This document shows, in pieces, positions 29,708-38,494 of a stretch of 64,000 nt of DNA (positions are counted from its first letter, which is position 1; each line of letters begins with the position of its first letter). The DNA comes from Polyangiaceae bacterium (GTDB lineage: Bacteria; Myxococcota_A; Polyangia; Polyangiales; Polyangiaceae), in assembly GCA_044222475.1 (NCBI GenBank), contig JBGANF010000023.1, positions 15,373-79,372 on the forward strand. Direction: 5' to 3'. The position numbers and the translations under genes are program-made. A model generated the notes under the pieces. It searched no databases. It saw only the letters and a list, made by a program, of their open reading frames with translations, and was not told the DNA's origin.

Positions 29708-30568
29708 TCACTCCGCGCTGGCAACCACGAGCGCAGCCGCGACCCACGTGGGGCGCGGCGCCGGAAGCACGTCCGAGTAGTCCACGAGGGTGAGCGCGCG
29801 CTGCTCGAACGAGACGGAACCGCGCGCGCGCAGGAGGTGAGCCAACACCGGCCCCGAGTCGCGGAAGTCCGAGCGATGGAGGCTCGCGAGCCGCTGGAAC
29901 CCCGCGTAGTCGCCGGCGGCGAGCGCCGCCGTCTGCTCGTCGATCGACCCACGGACCCACGCCAAGGTCTCGGGCGACGCCGCGTCGCGCGCGACCGCGG
30001 GCTCGGTACCGTAGCCGACGCCGTGGTGCACCGCGTCGGTGGTGGCGACGAGGGCGCAGCCGGAGTCGGCGAGCTTCGCCAAGGCGTCGATCCCGGGAAG
30101 CGACCCCGGATCGTCGCCGACGAGGAACGGGTAGCGCGACAGAATCGCCGGCGAGGACCGACCGGCGCGACGCGCGGCGATCTCGAGGAGCGCGGCGAAG
30201 CCATCGAGCGAGAACTCCTCGGCCCAGTGGGGCTCGTCGGTGATCCGTTCACCATGCACGCGTCTGAGCTTCTTCGCTGCCGCCGAGTCGCCGAGGCGCG
30301 CCGACTCCACCAGGGCGCGATCCTCGATGCGCGCGCCGTGGAGCACGCCGATCGCGAGCACTCGGTCGGCACCGGATGCGACCACCGCGTTCGCCACCGC
30401 GGCGACATGCTCACCCGAGAGCGTGAGCCGCGTGTGCGGAAACACGAGCGCACCGCGCTGGGGGAGTCTCACATCGGGAGCGCGATCGAGGAGCGCCGAG
30501 AGCCCGCGCTCCCCGAGGGTCGCGCGCTCCTCCGCGTACCAGCTCTTCCATGCGCTCGCGGTCCACAC
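29708..30568 (-). CDS. Divergent MEMO1/AmmeMemoRadiSam-B-like protein
   Basis: VFPH...SG..VA, GVLH, EEFSLD and ATTDAVHHG correspond to the Memo motifs PH, G.xH, EHS.E and SSD.SH. Confidence 0.5.
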   Translation of the reverse strand: MWTASAWKSWYAEERATLGERGLSALLDRAPDVRLPQRGALVFPHTRLTLSGEHVAAVANAVVASGADRVLAIGVLHGARIEDRALVESARLGDSAAAKKLRRVHGERITDEPHWAEEFSLDGFAALLEIAARRAGRSSPAILSRYPFLVGDDPGSLPGIDALAKLADSGCALVATTDAVHHGVGYGTEPAVARDAASPETLAWVRGSIDEQTAALAAGDYAGFQRLASLHRSDFRDSGPVLAHLLRARGSVSFEQRALTLVDYSDVLPAPRPTWVAAALVVASAE

Positions 30569-30580
30569 GATCGTCGCTCC

Positions 30581-31363
30581 TCACTTCCCCGTGAAGCGCG
30601 CTTCGCGTCGCTCCACGAACGACGCCACCCCTTCTCGCGCGTCCTCGCTCGCCAGCAGCTTCTGCAGGTCGGGGAAGAGCCGCTCCTTCGCGGCCGACTG
30701 TCCTTCGCGCTCGACCAACGACGACGAGGCGATCACCGCTTGAACCGCGAGGGGTGCCTGCTTCGCGATCCGATGCGCGATCTCCTTCGCGCGCCCGAGG
30801 AGCGCCTCCGGGGCGACGACCTCGCTCACGAGCCCGAGCCCGAGCGCCTCGTTCGCGGTCATCGCGTCTCCGGTGAGCATCCATCGCATGGCGTTGCTCC
30901 ACCCGATCTCACGGTGCATGCGGAGCGTCGCGCCGCCGAACGGATAGATCCCGCGCTTGACCTCCAGCTGCGCCATCGAGAGCGTCGACGCCGCGATGCG
31001 GACGTCGGACGCGAGCAGGAGCTCGAAGCCGATCGTGTAGCAGATGCCTTGGACGGCGCAGACGATCGGCTTGCGCACGCGAGGAGTGAACACGCCGACC
31101 GGATCGAGCCCGCCGTCCTTCACTGGCAGCGCGCCGCCGGTGATGACCGAGCTCCAGTCGACGAGGTCGAGGCCGGCGGTGAAGTGCTCGCCATGGGCAT
31201 GGAGCACGCCGCAGAAGAGATCGGGATCGCGGTCGAGCTCGGCGTACGCGAGGCCGAGGCGCTCGTACGCCTCGACGGTGAACGCGTTGCGCTTCTTGGG
31301 GCGGTTGATGCCGATCAGGAGCACGTGCCCGTCGCGCTCTACGGTGATGGGGGCGTCGCTCAT
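30581..31363 (-). CDS. Enoyl-CoA hydratase/crotonase family protein
   Basis: INRPKKRNA, FTAGLDL, KPIVCAVQG, LEVKRGIYPFGG, EGVASFVERR. Confidence 0.93.
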   Translation of the reverse strand: MSDAPITVERDGHVLLIGINRPKKRNAFTVEAYERLGLAYAELDRDPDLFCGVLHAHGEHFTAGLDLVDWSSVITGGALPVKDGGLDPVGVFTPRVRKPIVCAVQGICYTIGFELLLASDVRIAASTLSMAQLEVKRGIYPFGGATLRMHREIGWSNAMRWMLTGDAMTANEALGLGLVSEVVAPEALLGRAKEIAHRIAKQAPLAVQAVIASSSLVEREGQSAAKERLFPDLQKLLASEDAREGVASFVERREARFTGK

Positions 31364-31382
31364 CGCCCCACGATACAACCCC

Positions 31383-31416
31383 TTGACACCCGCGGACGGA
31401 ATGAATATTCATTCCG
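31383..31416 (+). promoter_or_regulatory. TetR promoter (TTGACA -35) overlapped by a perfect 20-bp palindromic operator
   Basis: TTGACA at 31383-31388; CGGAATGAAT|ATTCATTCCG at 31397-31416. Confidence 0.88.
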
Positions 31417-31418
31417 GT

Positions 31419-32012
31419 GTGACGGCAGCCCAATCCCCCCACGTCGACGACAAGCGCGAGGCCATCCTCGGCGCTGCGCTCGAGCTCTTCGCGGATCGGG
31501 GCTTCCACGGCACGGCCGTCCCGGAGATCGCCGAGCGGGCGGGCGTCGGGGCCGGCACGATCTACCGTCATTTCGCCAGCAAAGAGGCGATCGTCAACGC
31601 CCTCTACCAGCGCTGGAAGACGTCACTCGGCGGAGCCCTCATCGGCGATTTCCCCTACGATCAGCCGGCCCGCGTCCAGTTCGATCACTTCGTGTCGCAC
31701 GTGTTTTCGTTCGCCCGAAAGCACCCGGCGGCGTTGAAGTTCCTCGAGCAACACCACCACTCCACGTACCTCGACGACGAGAGCCGCGCTCTCGAAGCTC
31801 GGCTCCTCGAACCCGCACGCGCGTTTTTCGAGCTCCAGAGCCGCGCGAAAGTCGTGCGAAAAGCCCCGGTCGAGGTCCTCTTCGCCCTCACGTGGGGCGG
31901 CATCATGGGCGTCGTCCGCGCCGCCTGGGAGGGCTACGTCGAGCTCGACGCGAAGATCGAGCAGCAGGCCGCCGACGCCATCTGGGATGCGATCCGTCGT
32001 CCCCACACCTGA
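31419..32012 (+). CDS. TetR/AcrR family transcriptional regulator
   Basis: KREAILGAALELFADRGFHGTAVPEIAERAGVGAGTIYRHFASKE helix-turn-helix. GTG at 31419. Confidence 0.95.
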   Translation: MTAAQSPHVDDKREAILGAALELFADRGFHGTAVPEIAERAGVGAGTIYRHFASKEAIVNALYQRWKTSLGGALIGDFPYDQPARVQFDHFVSHVFSFARKHPAALKFLEQHHHSTYLDDESRALEARLLEPARAFFELQSRAKVVRKAPVEVLFALTWGGIMGVVRAAWEGYVELDAKIEQQAADAIWDAIRRPHT

Positions 32013-32030
32013 TTTTTTTTGCCCACAACC

Positions 32031-32048
32031 GGAATGAACGTTCATTCC
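32031..32048. promoter_or_regulatory. Second TetR operator upstream of the SDR gene
   Basis: GGAATGAAC|GTTCATTCC perfect palindrome with the same half-site as 31397-31416, preceded by a T8 tract. Confidence 0.88.
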
Positions 32049-32079
32049 TGCTTTCACCCATTCCTCAAGGAGACCCGTC

Positions 32080-32958
32080 ATGACCGCTTCGAAGATCATC
32101 CTCATCACTGGCGCAACGGCAGGCATCGGGCGCGCGACCGCGCTCCGCTTGGCACGAGCAGGCCACCGGGTGTTCGCCACCGGCCGGCGCGCACACGCGC
32201 TCGACGCGCTCGCGAAGGAAGCGGCCGGCACGAAGCTCGAGACGCTGGTCCTCGACGTGACGAAGCCCGAGTCGATCGCTGCCGCCAAAGCGGAGATCGA
32301 TCGCCGCACCGACGGTTACGGCGTCGACGCGTTGGTGAACAACGCCGGCTTCGGCAAGGTCGGTCCGCTCGAAGAGGTCACCGACGAGTCGTTGCGCGCC
32401 CAGTACGAGACGAACGTGTTCGGCCTCATGGCGATGACGCGCGCGTTCGTTCCGCAGATGCGCGAGCGGCGCAGCGGCCGCGTGGTCAACGTGTCGAGCG
32501 TCGGCGGCAAGGTCACCTTCCCGATGATGGGGGCCTACAACTCGACCAAGTACGCGGTCGAGTCACTCTCCGATGCGCTCCGCGTCGAGCTGCGCCCGTT
32601 CGGCGTGAAGGTGGTGGTGATCGAGCCGGGCTCGATCGCGACCGAGTTCTCGGAGGTCGCGATGGGCACGCTCACCGAGACGAACGCATCGCCGTACGCG
32701 AGCGCAATCGCCGACGCGGATGCGATGCGCGCGAAGTTCGACGACACGGCAGTCGGACCGGAGCACATCGCGCGCGCGATCGAGACCGCGGTGACGAGCC
32801 GCAGCCCGTCCGCGCGCTACGTCCGCCCCTGGCGCACGTACATGCTGCTCGCGATGTTCAGCTGGCTGCCGACGTCGTGGATGGATGCCATCCTCGCGCA
32901 GATGAGCGGCCTCACCGCGAAGAAGCTCGCGCTGCAGCTCCGCCCGGCCAACGCCTGA
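32080..32958 (+). CDS. Short-chain dehydrogenase/reductase
   Basis: TGATAGIG, NNAG, SSVGG, YNSTK. RBS AAGGAG. Confidence 0.95.
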   Translation: MTASKIILITGATAGIGRATALRLARAGHRVFATGRRAHALDALAKEAAGTKLETLVLDVTKPESIAAAKAEIDRRTDGYGVDALVNNAGFGKVGPLEEVTDESLRAQYETNVFGLMAMTRAFVPQMRERRSGRVVNVSSVGGKVTFPMMGAYNSTKYAVESLSDALRVELRPFGVKVVVIEPGSIATEFSEVAMGTLTETNASPYASAIADADAMRAKFDDTAVGPEHIARAIETAVTSRSPSARYVRPWRTYMLLAMFSWLPTSWMDAILAQMSGLTAKKLALQLRPANA

Positions 32959-33819
32959 TCAGAAGCGGCCGGCCCAGCCGAGCGCAGCGCCGTTCGGTAG
33001 CGGCGCGACGACGAGACCCGACGTCGCCGGCGGAGCCTCTTTCTTCCCGACGTTCGCCACGATCGTCGAGATCACCGTGAGCCCCAAGCCCGCGATCCCG
33101 AGGCCGAGCGACACGTTCGCCAAGATGAGCTTGGTGTCGATGGAAGACTGATCCGACGGGTTGCAGAACGGCGCGCACGTCGTTCGGAGCTTGTTCTCGT
33201 CCGAGTTCGCCATCACCGCGAAGACTCCGGTGCCGACGCCGCCCACCACCATCACGGAGAGGCCCACCCAGGCCAGCGCGGGAAAGCGGAAACCTCCTCC
33301 GCCGCTGGCCGGAGGCGGCGTGATGATCGGCGGCGGGGTGCCGGGGCCGACCGGCGCCGCCGGGCCTTTGAACGTCAGCTCGATGATGCGATCCTTCTCG
33401 GCGGGCCGGAGGAGGAACGTCTCTTCGACCGAGGTCCCATCCGCGCGGTTGAAGCGGATCTTGTGGCTGCCGGGATCCGCCGCCGTCGCCTTCGGCGTGA
33501 TGCCTCCGATCGGCTGACCGTCGATCTCGACCTGAACGTCGAAGATCTCCTTCCCCGAGGCGTCCTTCGCGCGGAACGCGATGGTGGGGGTGTCGTGATC
33601 GACCTCGCCCACCCAGTCCGCGCACTGCTTCGAAATCGCGGCCGGACAAGCCTTGTCGGCGCACGTGATGAACTTGTCGCGCGCGTCCTTGAGCTTCCCG
33701 TCGTCACGGAGCTTCTGCCCATCGTCGGCCGCGGAGATGCACGCCTTGCGATCGATCGCGATGGCGCTGCCGGAAACGAGGGTGACGGCCAGGAGCGGCG
33801 CCAAGGCCCACGCACGCAT
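32959..33819 (-). CDS. Secreted Cys-containing TPR-like + PEGA-like protein ending in GRF
   Basis: ATG at 33819 overlaps the kinase TGA. Signal peptide, CISAADDGQKLRDDGKLKDARDKFITC...CP...C, ADPGSHKIRF, Gly-rich hydrophobic hairpin, C-terminal PNGAALGWAGRF. Confidence 0.8.
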   Translation of the reverse strand: MRAWALAPLLAVTLVSGSAIAIDRKACISAADDGQKLRDDGKLKDARDKFITCADKACPAAISKQCADWVGEVDHDTPTIAFRAKDASGKEIFDVQVEIDGQPIGGITPKATAADPGSHKIRFNRADGTSVEETFLLRPAEKDRIIELTFKGPAAPVGPGTPPPIITPPPASGGGGFRFPALAWVGLSVMVVGGVGTGVFAVMANSDENKLRTTCAPFCNPSDQSSIDTKLILANVSLGLGIAGLGLTVISTIVANVGKKEAPPATSGLVVAPLPNGAALGWAGRF

Positions 33820-35291
33820 CAGTTGCACTCCGGGATGAAGTGTTTGTGCCCCTGCTTGTCGATCGTCCAGGGCGGGTTGCAGTTGATCGTCGGCTTCGTC
33901 ACGGCGGCCGCCGTCGGCTTCGTCGTCGCGGCGGCAGTCGCAGTCGCAGTCGCCGTCGCGGTGGCCGTCGCGGTCGTGGTCGGCACGACGGCTGCGGCGG
34001 TGGTCGCGGTCGTGGTGCCGGTCGTGGTCGGAGGCGCAGTCGACGTCGCGGTCGGTTTGCTCGAGGGCACGTCGGCGGCGACCGCCGCGGTGGTGGCGCC
34101 GCCGCCCCTCGTACCAAGGAGGTACGCGATGACGATCGCTGCACCGATCAGCAAGAGTCCGGCGGCGGCGAGCGCCCCCACCATGCCTCGCGACGCCTTC
34201 GCCGGAGGTCGATCACTGCTGCTGCGGCGCGACGTCGTCGGCTGAACGCGCGACGAAGACGCTTCGGACGGAGACGGGACGGACGGCGGGACGCCGGTGA
34301 TGGACGTCGAGCTTTCGATCTCGGCCACCTTCTTCGCCCGCGCATCGAGGTTCGCGAGCGCGAGCCGCTCCACCCAAGCGCCGACCTCGGCGTTCGAGGC
34401 GGGAGCGATCACGCGCTCGAGCTCGAACGCCATCTCGCGCGCGGTGGGGAAGCGATGGAGAGGATCCGCCGCGGTCGCCCGCCGACAGATCGCGTCGAAC
34501 GGCTCGAGCTCCTCGGCGATCTCTCCTGGAACGCGGATGTCGTTCTTGAGGATGCGCGAGATCGCCGCGGTGTCGTCCTCGCCAGCGAACATGCGGATGC
34601 CGGTGAGCGCTTCGAACAGGAGGACGCCGGCAGCGTAGATGTCGGCCGTTCGCGTGACGGGCTGGGCCGCGAGCTGCTCCGGCGGCATGTAGAGGATCTT
34701 GCCCTTCACCTGTCCTTCGCGCGTCGTCTGGAGCCGCCCTTCCGCGCGAGCGACACCGAAGTCGAGCACGCGGGCGGTCCCATCGACGCCGACCAGCACG
34801 TTCTGCGGCGACATGTCGCGATGGACGAGGCCGAGCGGACGCCCCTTCTCGTCGATCGCTTCGTGCGCCGCGTGAAGTCCTTGGAGCGCGCCCGAGACGA
34901 TCGAGACGACGATCCGCGGGGGAAGCCTCGTCTTCTGATCACGCGCTGCGCGTACGAGACGGCTCAGCGATTCGCCGCGGACGTACTCCATGACCAACAA
35001 CAGCTCGTGCTCGCTCTGGAGAACGTCGAGTGTCTGAACGACGTTCGGATGCTGCACGCGAGCCGCGAGTCGCGCCTCGTCGAGGAACATCGCGGTGAAG
35101 TCGGGATCGTCGGCGAACTGCGGGTGCAGTCGCTTGATGGCGACGGTGCGCGAGAAGCCGACCGGCCCCATGAGGCGGCCGAGGTGGACCTTCGCCATTC
35201 CTCCCGAAGCGATCGCATCGAAGATCGCATAGCGCCCAATCACCAGGGGGGTAGCCGCGTTCGGACCAGACGGTTTTTCGGCCGGCTGCAT
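33819..35291 (-). CDS. Membrane-anchored Hanks-type Ser/Thr protein kinase
   Basis: IASGGMAKV, AIK, HRDMSPQN, DFG, YMPPE. TM helix, Thr/Ala-rich linker, C-terminal CNPPWTIDKQGHKHFIPECN. Confidence 0.95.
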   Translation of the reverse strand: MQPAEKPSGPNAATPLVIGRYAIFDAIASGGMAKVHLGRLMGPVGFSRTVAIKRLHPQFADDPDFTAMFLDEARLAARVQHPNVVQTLDVLQSEHELLLVMEYVRGESLSRLVRAARDQKTRLPPRIVVSIVSGALQGLHAAHEAIDEKGRPLGLVHRDMSPQNVLVGVDGTARVLDFGVARAEGRLQTTREGQVKGKILYMPPEQLAAQPVTRTADIYAAGVLLFEALTGIRMFAGEDDTAAISRILKNDIRVPGEIAEELEPFDAICRRATAADPLHRFPTAREMAFELERVIAPASNAEVGAWVERLALANLDARAKKVAEIESSTSITGVPPSVPSPSEASSSRVQPTTSRRSSSDRPPAKASRGMVGALAAAGLLLIGAAIVIAYLLGTRGGGATTAAVAADVPSSKPTATSTAPPTTTGTTTATTAAAVVPTTTATATATATATATAAATTKPTAAAVTKPTINCNPPWTIDKQGHKHFIPECN

Positions 35292-35459
35292 GATCTATCA
35301 GCGTACCGCGAAACACTCTCCTCTTTCAAAGACTGAACGCGCTCGCACGTCTCCCACGTCTCCCACGCGCGCACACAGCGGCTCCATCACTCGGTCCACT
35401 CGGCCCAGCCGGCTCGCGTGATCGCCTCGCTGGCCCGCCGATGCGGTACACTGGTTTGG

Positions 35460-37763
35460 ATGCGCTTTCCTAGACTGACGGGCATCGGCCGCGCGACGGG
35501 TGCGGCCCTGGTTCTTGCACCGCTCACCCTCGTCGCTCTCTTCGCGCCGAGCGCTTGCATGTTCGGGGTCAGCTACGACGGCCTCTTCGCGGACGCGGGC
35601 TTCGCGGGCGAAGGCGGCGTCGACGGCGGGCCCCCTCCGGCGAGGGCACTCTCCGTGGCCAACGGCGATGGCTTCTCTTGCGCGCTGCGCGTCGACGGCA
35701 CGGTCACGTGCTGGGGCTACAACGGCGGCGATGGTCGGCTGGGCAACGCGACGGACATCTCGTCGAGCACGCCGACGCTCGTCAAAGACGTGACTGACGG
35801 CGCGGCGCTCGCGGTCGGCGGGGCGCACGCATGTGTCGTTCGCAAGAGCGGCGTCGTGTCGTGCTGGGGTCGCAACGAGTACGGTGGCCTCGGCGACGGG
35901 ACGACGAACCCTTCGCGCTTCCCAGTCGCGGTCGTCAACCTCGCCGACGCGACCCAGGTCGCGCTCGGCTATCACTTCAGCTGCGCGATCCGCAAGGACG
36001 CCACGGTGGTCTGTTGGGGAGCGAACGGCTCCGGTCAGCTCGGCGACGGTACGACGGCGGATCACCGCCAGCCGCTCCCGGTGCAAGGGCTGACGGACGT
36101 GACACAGATCGCGGCGATGGAGCGCTCTGCGTGCGCCCTCGTGAAGTCGGGCGACGTGTATTGCTGGGGGCGCAACGGCGCGGGCCAAGTTGGGGACGGA
36201 ACCAACGACGACGCTCCGACTCCGAAGAAGGTCACCGGTCTCAGCGGCGTGACCTCCATCGGCGCGGGCGCCAACGCGAACCACATCTGCGCGGTGATCG
36301 GGGCGGGCGACGTGCGTTGCTGGGGGCTCGGCGACAACGGCGCGCTCGGCAACGGTAGCTCCGGCAGCTCGAACAAGCCGGTGATCGTCGCGCTCGTCAA
36401 CGATGCGATCCAGGTGTCCACCGGCTACGTCACGTCGTGCGCGGTGAAGAAGAACGGAACGGCCACCTGTTGGGGCTGGAACGGATGGCGACAAATCGGC
36501 ATCGGTGACAACGCACCGCCGGGCCAGCTCAGCACGCCGGTGCCGGTGATGAACCTCACGGATCTGAAACAGATCTCCAACGGCGGCGATCACATGTGCG
36601 CGGTCACGACGAACGGCCGCATCTCGTGCTGGGGCTCCGACGTCGACGGTCGATTGGGCCGCGGCACGCGGATCATGTCGGCCGAGCCCGTCCAACTCGT
36701 CGGGGTCACGGGGATCACGTCGCTCGCGCTCGGCAATGCGCACGGCTGCGCGGTCAGCGGCGGATCCCTCTCCTGCTGGGGCGCCAACTGGGACAGCCAG
36801 CTCACCGACGACAACAACATCGCCGCGAGCGGCACGCCGCTCAAGATCCCTTCCCTGTCCAGCGTGGCGACGGCGGGCGCCGGAAACGATCACGCGTGCG
36901 TCGTCCTCGGCGACGGTACGGTGAAGTGCTGGGGCTACGGCTACTACGGCGATCTCGGACAGGGAAAGAACAACGGCGAAGGCATGCCGGTCACGTTCGG
37001 CGCCGGCCCCGCGAAGGCGGTCGTCGGCGGCTATCACTTCACGTGCGCGCTCCTTCAGTCCGGGGAGGTCGCTTGCTCCGGCTTGAACGACAACGCCCGG
37101 CTCGGCCATCCGGGGGGCAACACCAACACGCCGGCACGGGTCGAGATCGATCAGACTCCGACCTACCTCACCGGCGTGACCACGCTCGCGGCCGGGTACT
37201 CTCACGGCTGCGCCATCACCGGTGGCGGGGACCTGTACTGCTGGGGAGCGAGCGGCTACGGCCAATGCGGCGTCGACGCCAACGAGACTCCGCCCATCCA
37301 GGTGAATCTCTCGGGCGCGAAAGTGAAGCTGGTCACCGCCGGCTATGCCCACACCTGCGTCGTCCTCGCCGACGATACGATGCGGTGTTGGGGAGCGAAC
37401 GGCGACGGGCAGCTCACTGGCTCCGGTGACGGCATCACGCCCAAGACTCCCTCGCTCGCCAAGCCCGCGACGTCCATCGCCGCCGGTGGCTCGCACACTT
37501 GCGCCGCGCTCAACGACGGAACGGTCTGGTGTTGGGGCAACGCCCGGCTCGGGCAGCTCGGCAACGGCAGCACGATCGGTGCGTCAGCGCCCGTCCAGGT
37601 GAAGGGCATCACGACTGCGGTGTCGGTCCACGCACACGACGACTCCACCTGCGCGGTGCTCCAAGACGGTACGGCGATGTGCTGGGGCGAGAACCCGGTG
37701 GGTGAGCTCGGCGAGGGAAGCGTGTTCACGACCGGCGTCCCGGGCTTCGTCGTCGGGTACTAG
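35460..37763 (+). CDS. RCC1/BLIP-II repeat lipoprotein (probably two beta-propellers)
   Basis: About 14 repeats of G..H.CA...G.V.CWG.N..GQLG.G. Lipobox-like PSAC. TACACT lies 7 nt before ATG 35460. Confidence 0.92.
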   Translation: MRFPRLTGIGRATGAALVLAPLTLVALFAPSACMFGVSYDGLFADAGFAGEGGVDGGPPPARALSVANGDGFSCALRVDGTVTCWGYNGGDGRLGNATDISSSTPTLVKDVTDGAALAVGGAHACVVRKSGVVSCWGRNEYGGLGDGTTNPSRFPVAVVNLADATQVALGYHFSCAIRKDATVVCWGANGSGQLGDGTTADHRQPLPVQGLTDVTQIAAMERSACALVKSGDVYCWGRNGAGQVGDGTNDDAPTPKKVTGLSGVTSIGAGANANHICAVIGAGDVRCWGLGDNGALGNGSSGSSNKPVIVALVNDAIQVSTGYVTSCAVKKNGTATCWGWNGWRQIGIGDNAPPGQLSTPVPVMNLTDLKQISNGGDHMCAVTTNGRISCWGSDVDGRLGRGTRIMSAEPVQLVGVTGITSLALGNAHGCAVSGGSLSCWGANWDSQLTDDNNIAASGTPLKIPSLSSVATAGAGNDHACVVLGDGTVKCWGYGYYGDLGQGKNNGEGMPVTFGAGPAKAVVGGYHFTCALLQSGEVACSGLNDNARLGHPGGNTNTPARVEIDQTPTYLTGVTTLAAGYSHGCAITGGGDLYCWGASGYGQCGVDANETPPIQVNLSGAKVKLVTAGYAHTCVVLADDTMRCWGANGDGQLTGSGDGITPKTPSLAKPATSIAAGGSHTCAALNDGTVWCWGNARLGQLGNGSTIGASAPVQVKGITTAVSVHAHDDSTCAVLQDGTAMCWGENPVGELGEGSVFTTGVPGFVVGY

Positions 37764-37773
37764 CGGACGAGCT

Positions 37774-38454
37774 TCAGGCCGCGTCCCACTGCGCCATCGA
37801 CCACGGCTCCTTGTTCGCCTCCGCCTCCCACTCACGGAAAGCGGGGTCGTCGAGGAGCGTCGCGGCGTATGCCTTGGCTTCCCGGTCCGCGAGCTCCACG
37901 CCGTAGGTGCGGAAACGCGTCGCCACCGGGGTGAAGAACGCGTCGACGATGCCGCGCCGCATCCCAAAAAGGTACGGACCGCCGGCGCCAAACCGCCGGC
38001 GGAGGGTCGACCAGATCGCCTCGACGCGACGGATCTCACGAAGCACGTCCTCGCCGAAGGTGCGCGGCTCGGCCCGACGCCGAATGTTGCACGGGAGCTT
38101 GCCTCGCAACCCGCCGAACCCCGAGTGCATCTCGCAGGTCGCGGACCGTGCGAGCGCTCGAGCGATCGGTTCGGCGGGCCACAGTCCGGCTTCGGGTGCC
38201 TGCTCGGCGGCCCACTCGGAGATCGCGAGCGAGTCCGTGACCACGTCTTCGGGGCCCGACGGCAGGTGAAGCGCCGGCACCGTGCCCGACGGGGACACCG
38301 CGAGCACCGAAGGCATGGCGCGCTTCGCGTACCCTTCACCACCGAGCGGCACGACGCGTACCTCGTGGTCGATCCCGGCCCACTCGAGGACGAGCCACGG
38401 CCGCAGCGACCACGACGAGTAGTTCCGGTTCCCGACGTAGAGGATGGGCTTCAT
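37774..38454 (-). CDS. Glutathione S-transferase
   Basis: LYVGNRNYSSWSLRPW, SPSGTVPAL, DSLAISE, EMHSGF, DAFFTPV. Confidence 0.93.
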   Translation of the reverse strand: MKPILYVGNRNYSSWSLRPWLVLEWAGIDHEVRVVPLGGEGYAKRAMPSVLAVSPSGTVPALHLPSGPEDVVTDSLAISEWAAEQAPEAGLWPAEPIARALARSATCEMHSGFGGLRGKLPCNIRRRAEPRTFGEDVLREIRRVEAIWSTLRRRFGAGGPYLFGMRRGIVDAFFTPVATRFRTYGVELADREAKAYAATLLDDPAFREWEAEANKEPWSMAQWDAA

Positions 38455-38494
38455 CGTTCCTCGCGGATACACTGCCGAGTGGAGGCTTTGCAAC

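Noticed and set aside
35640..37740. Regularly spaced TGCTGGGG repeats
   Set aside because: They are the CWG codons of RCC1 protein repeats, with variable sequence in an open frame. Not a CRISPR array.
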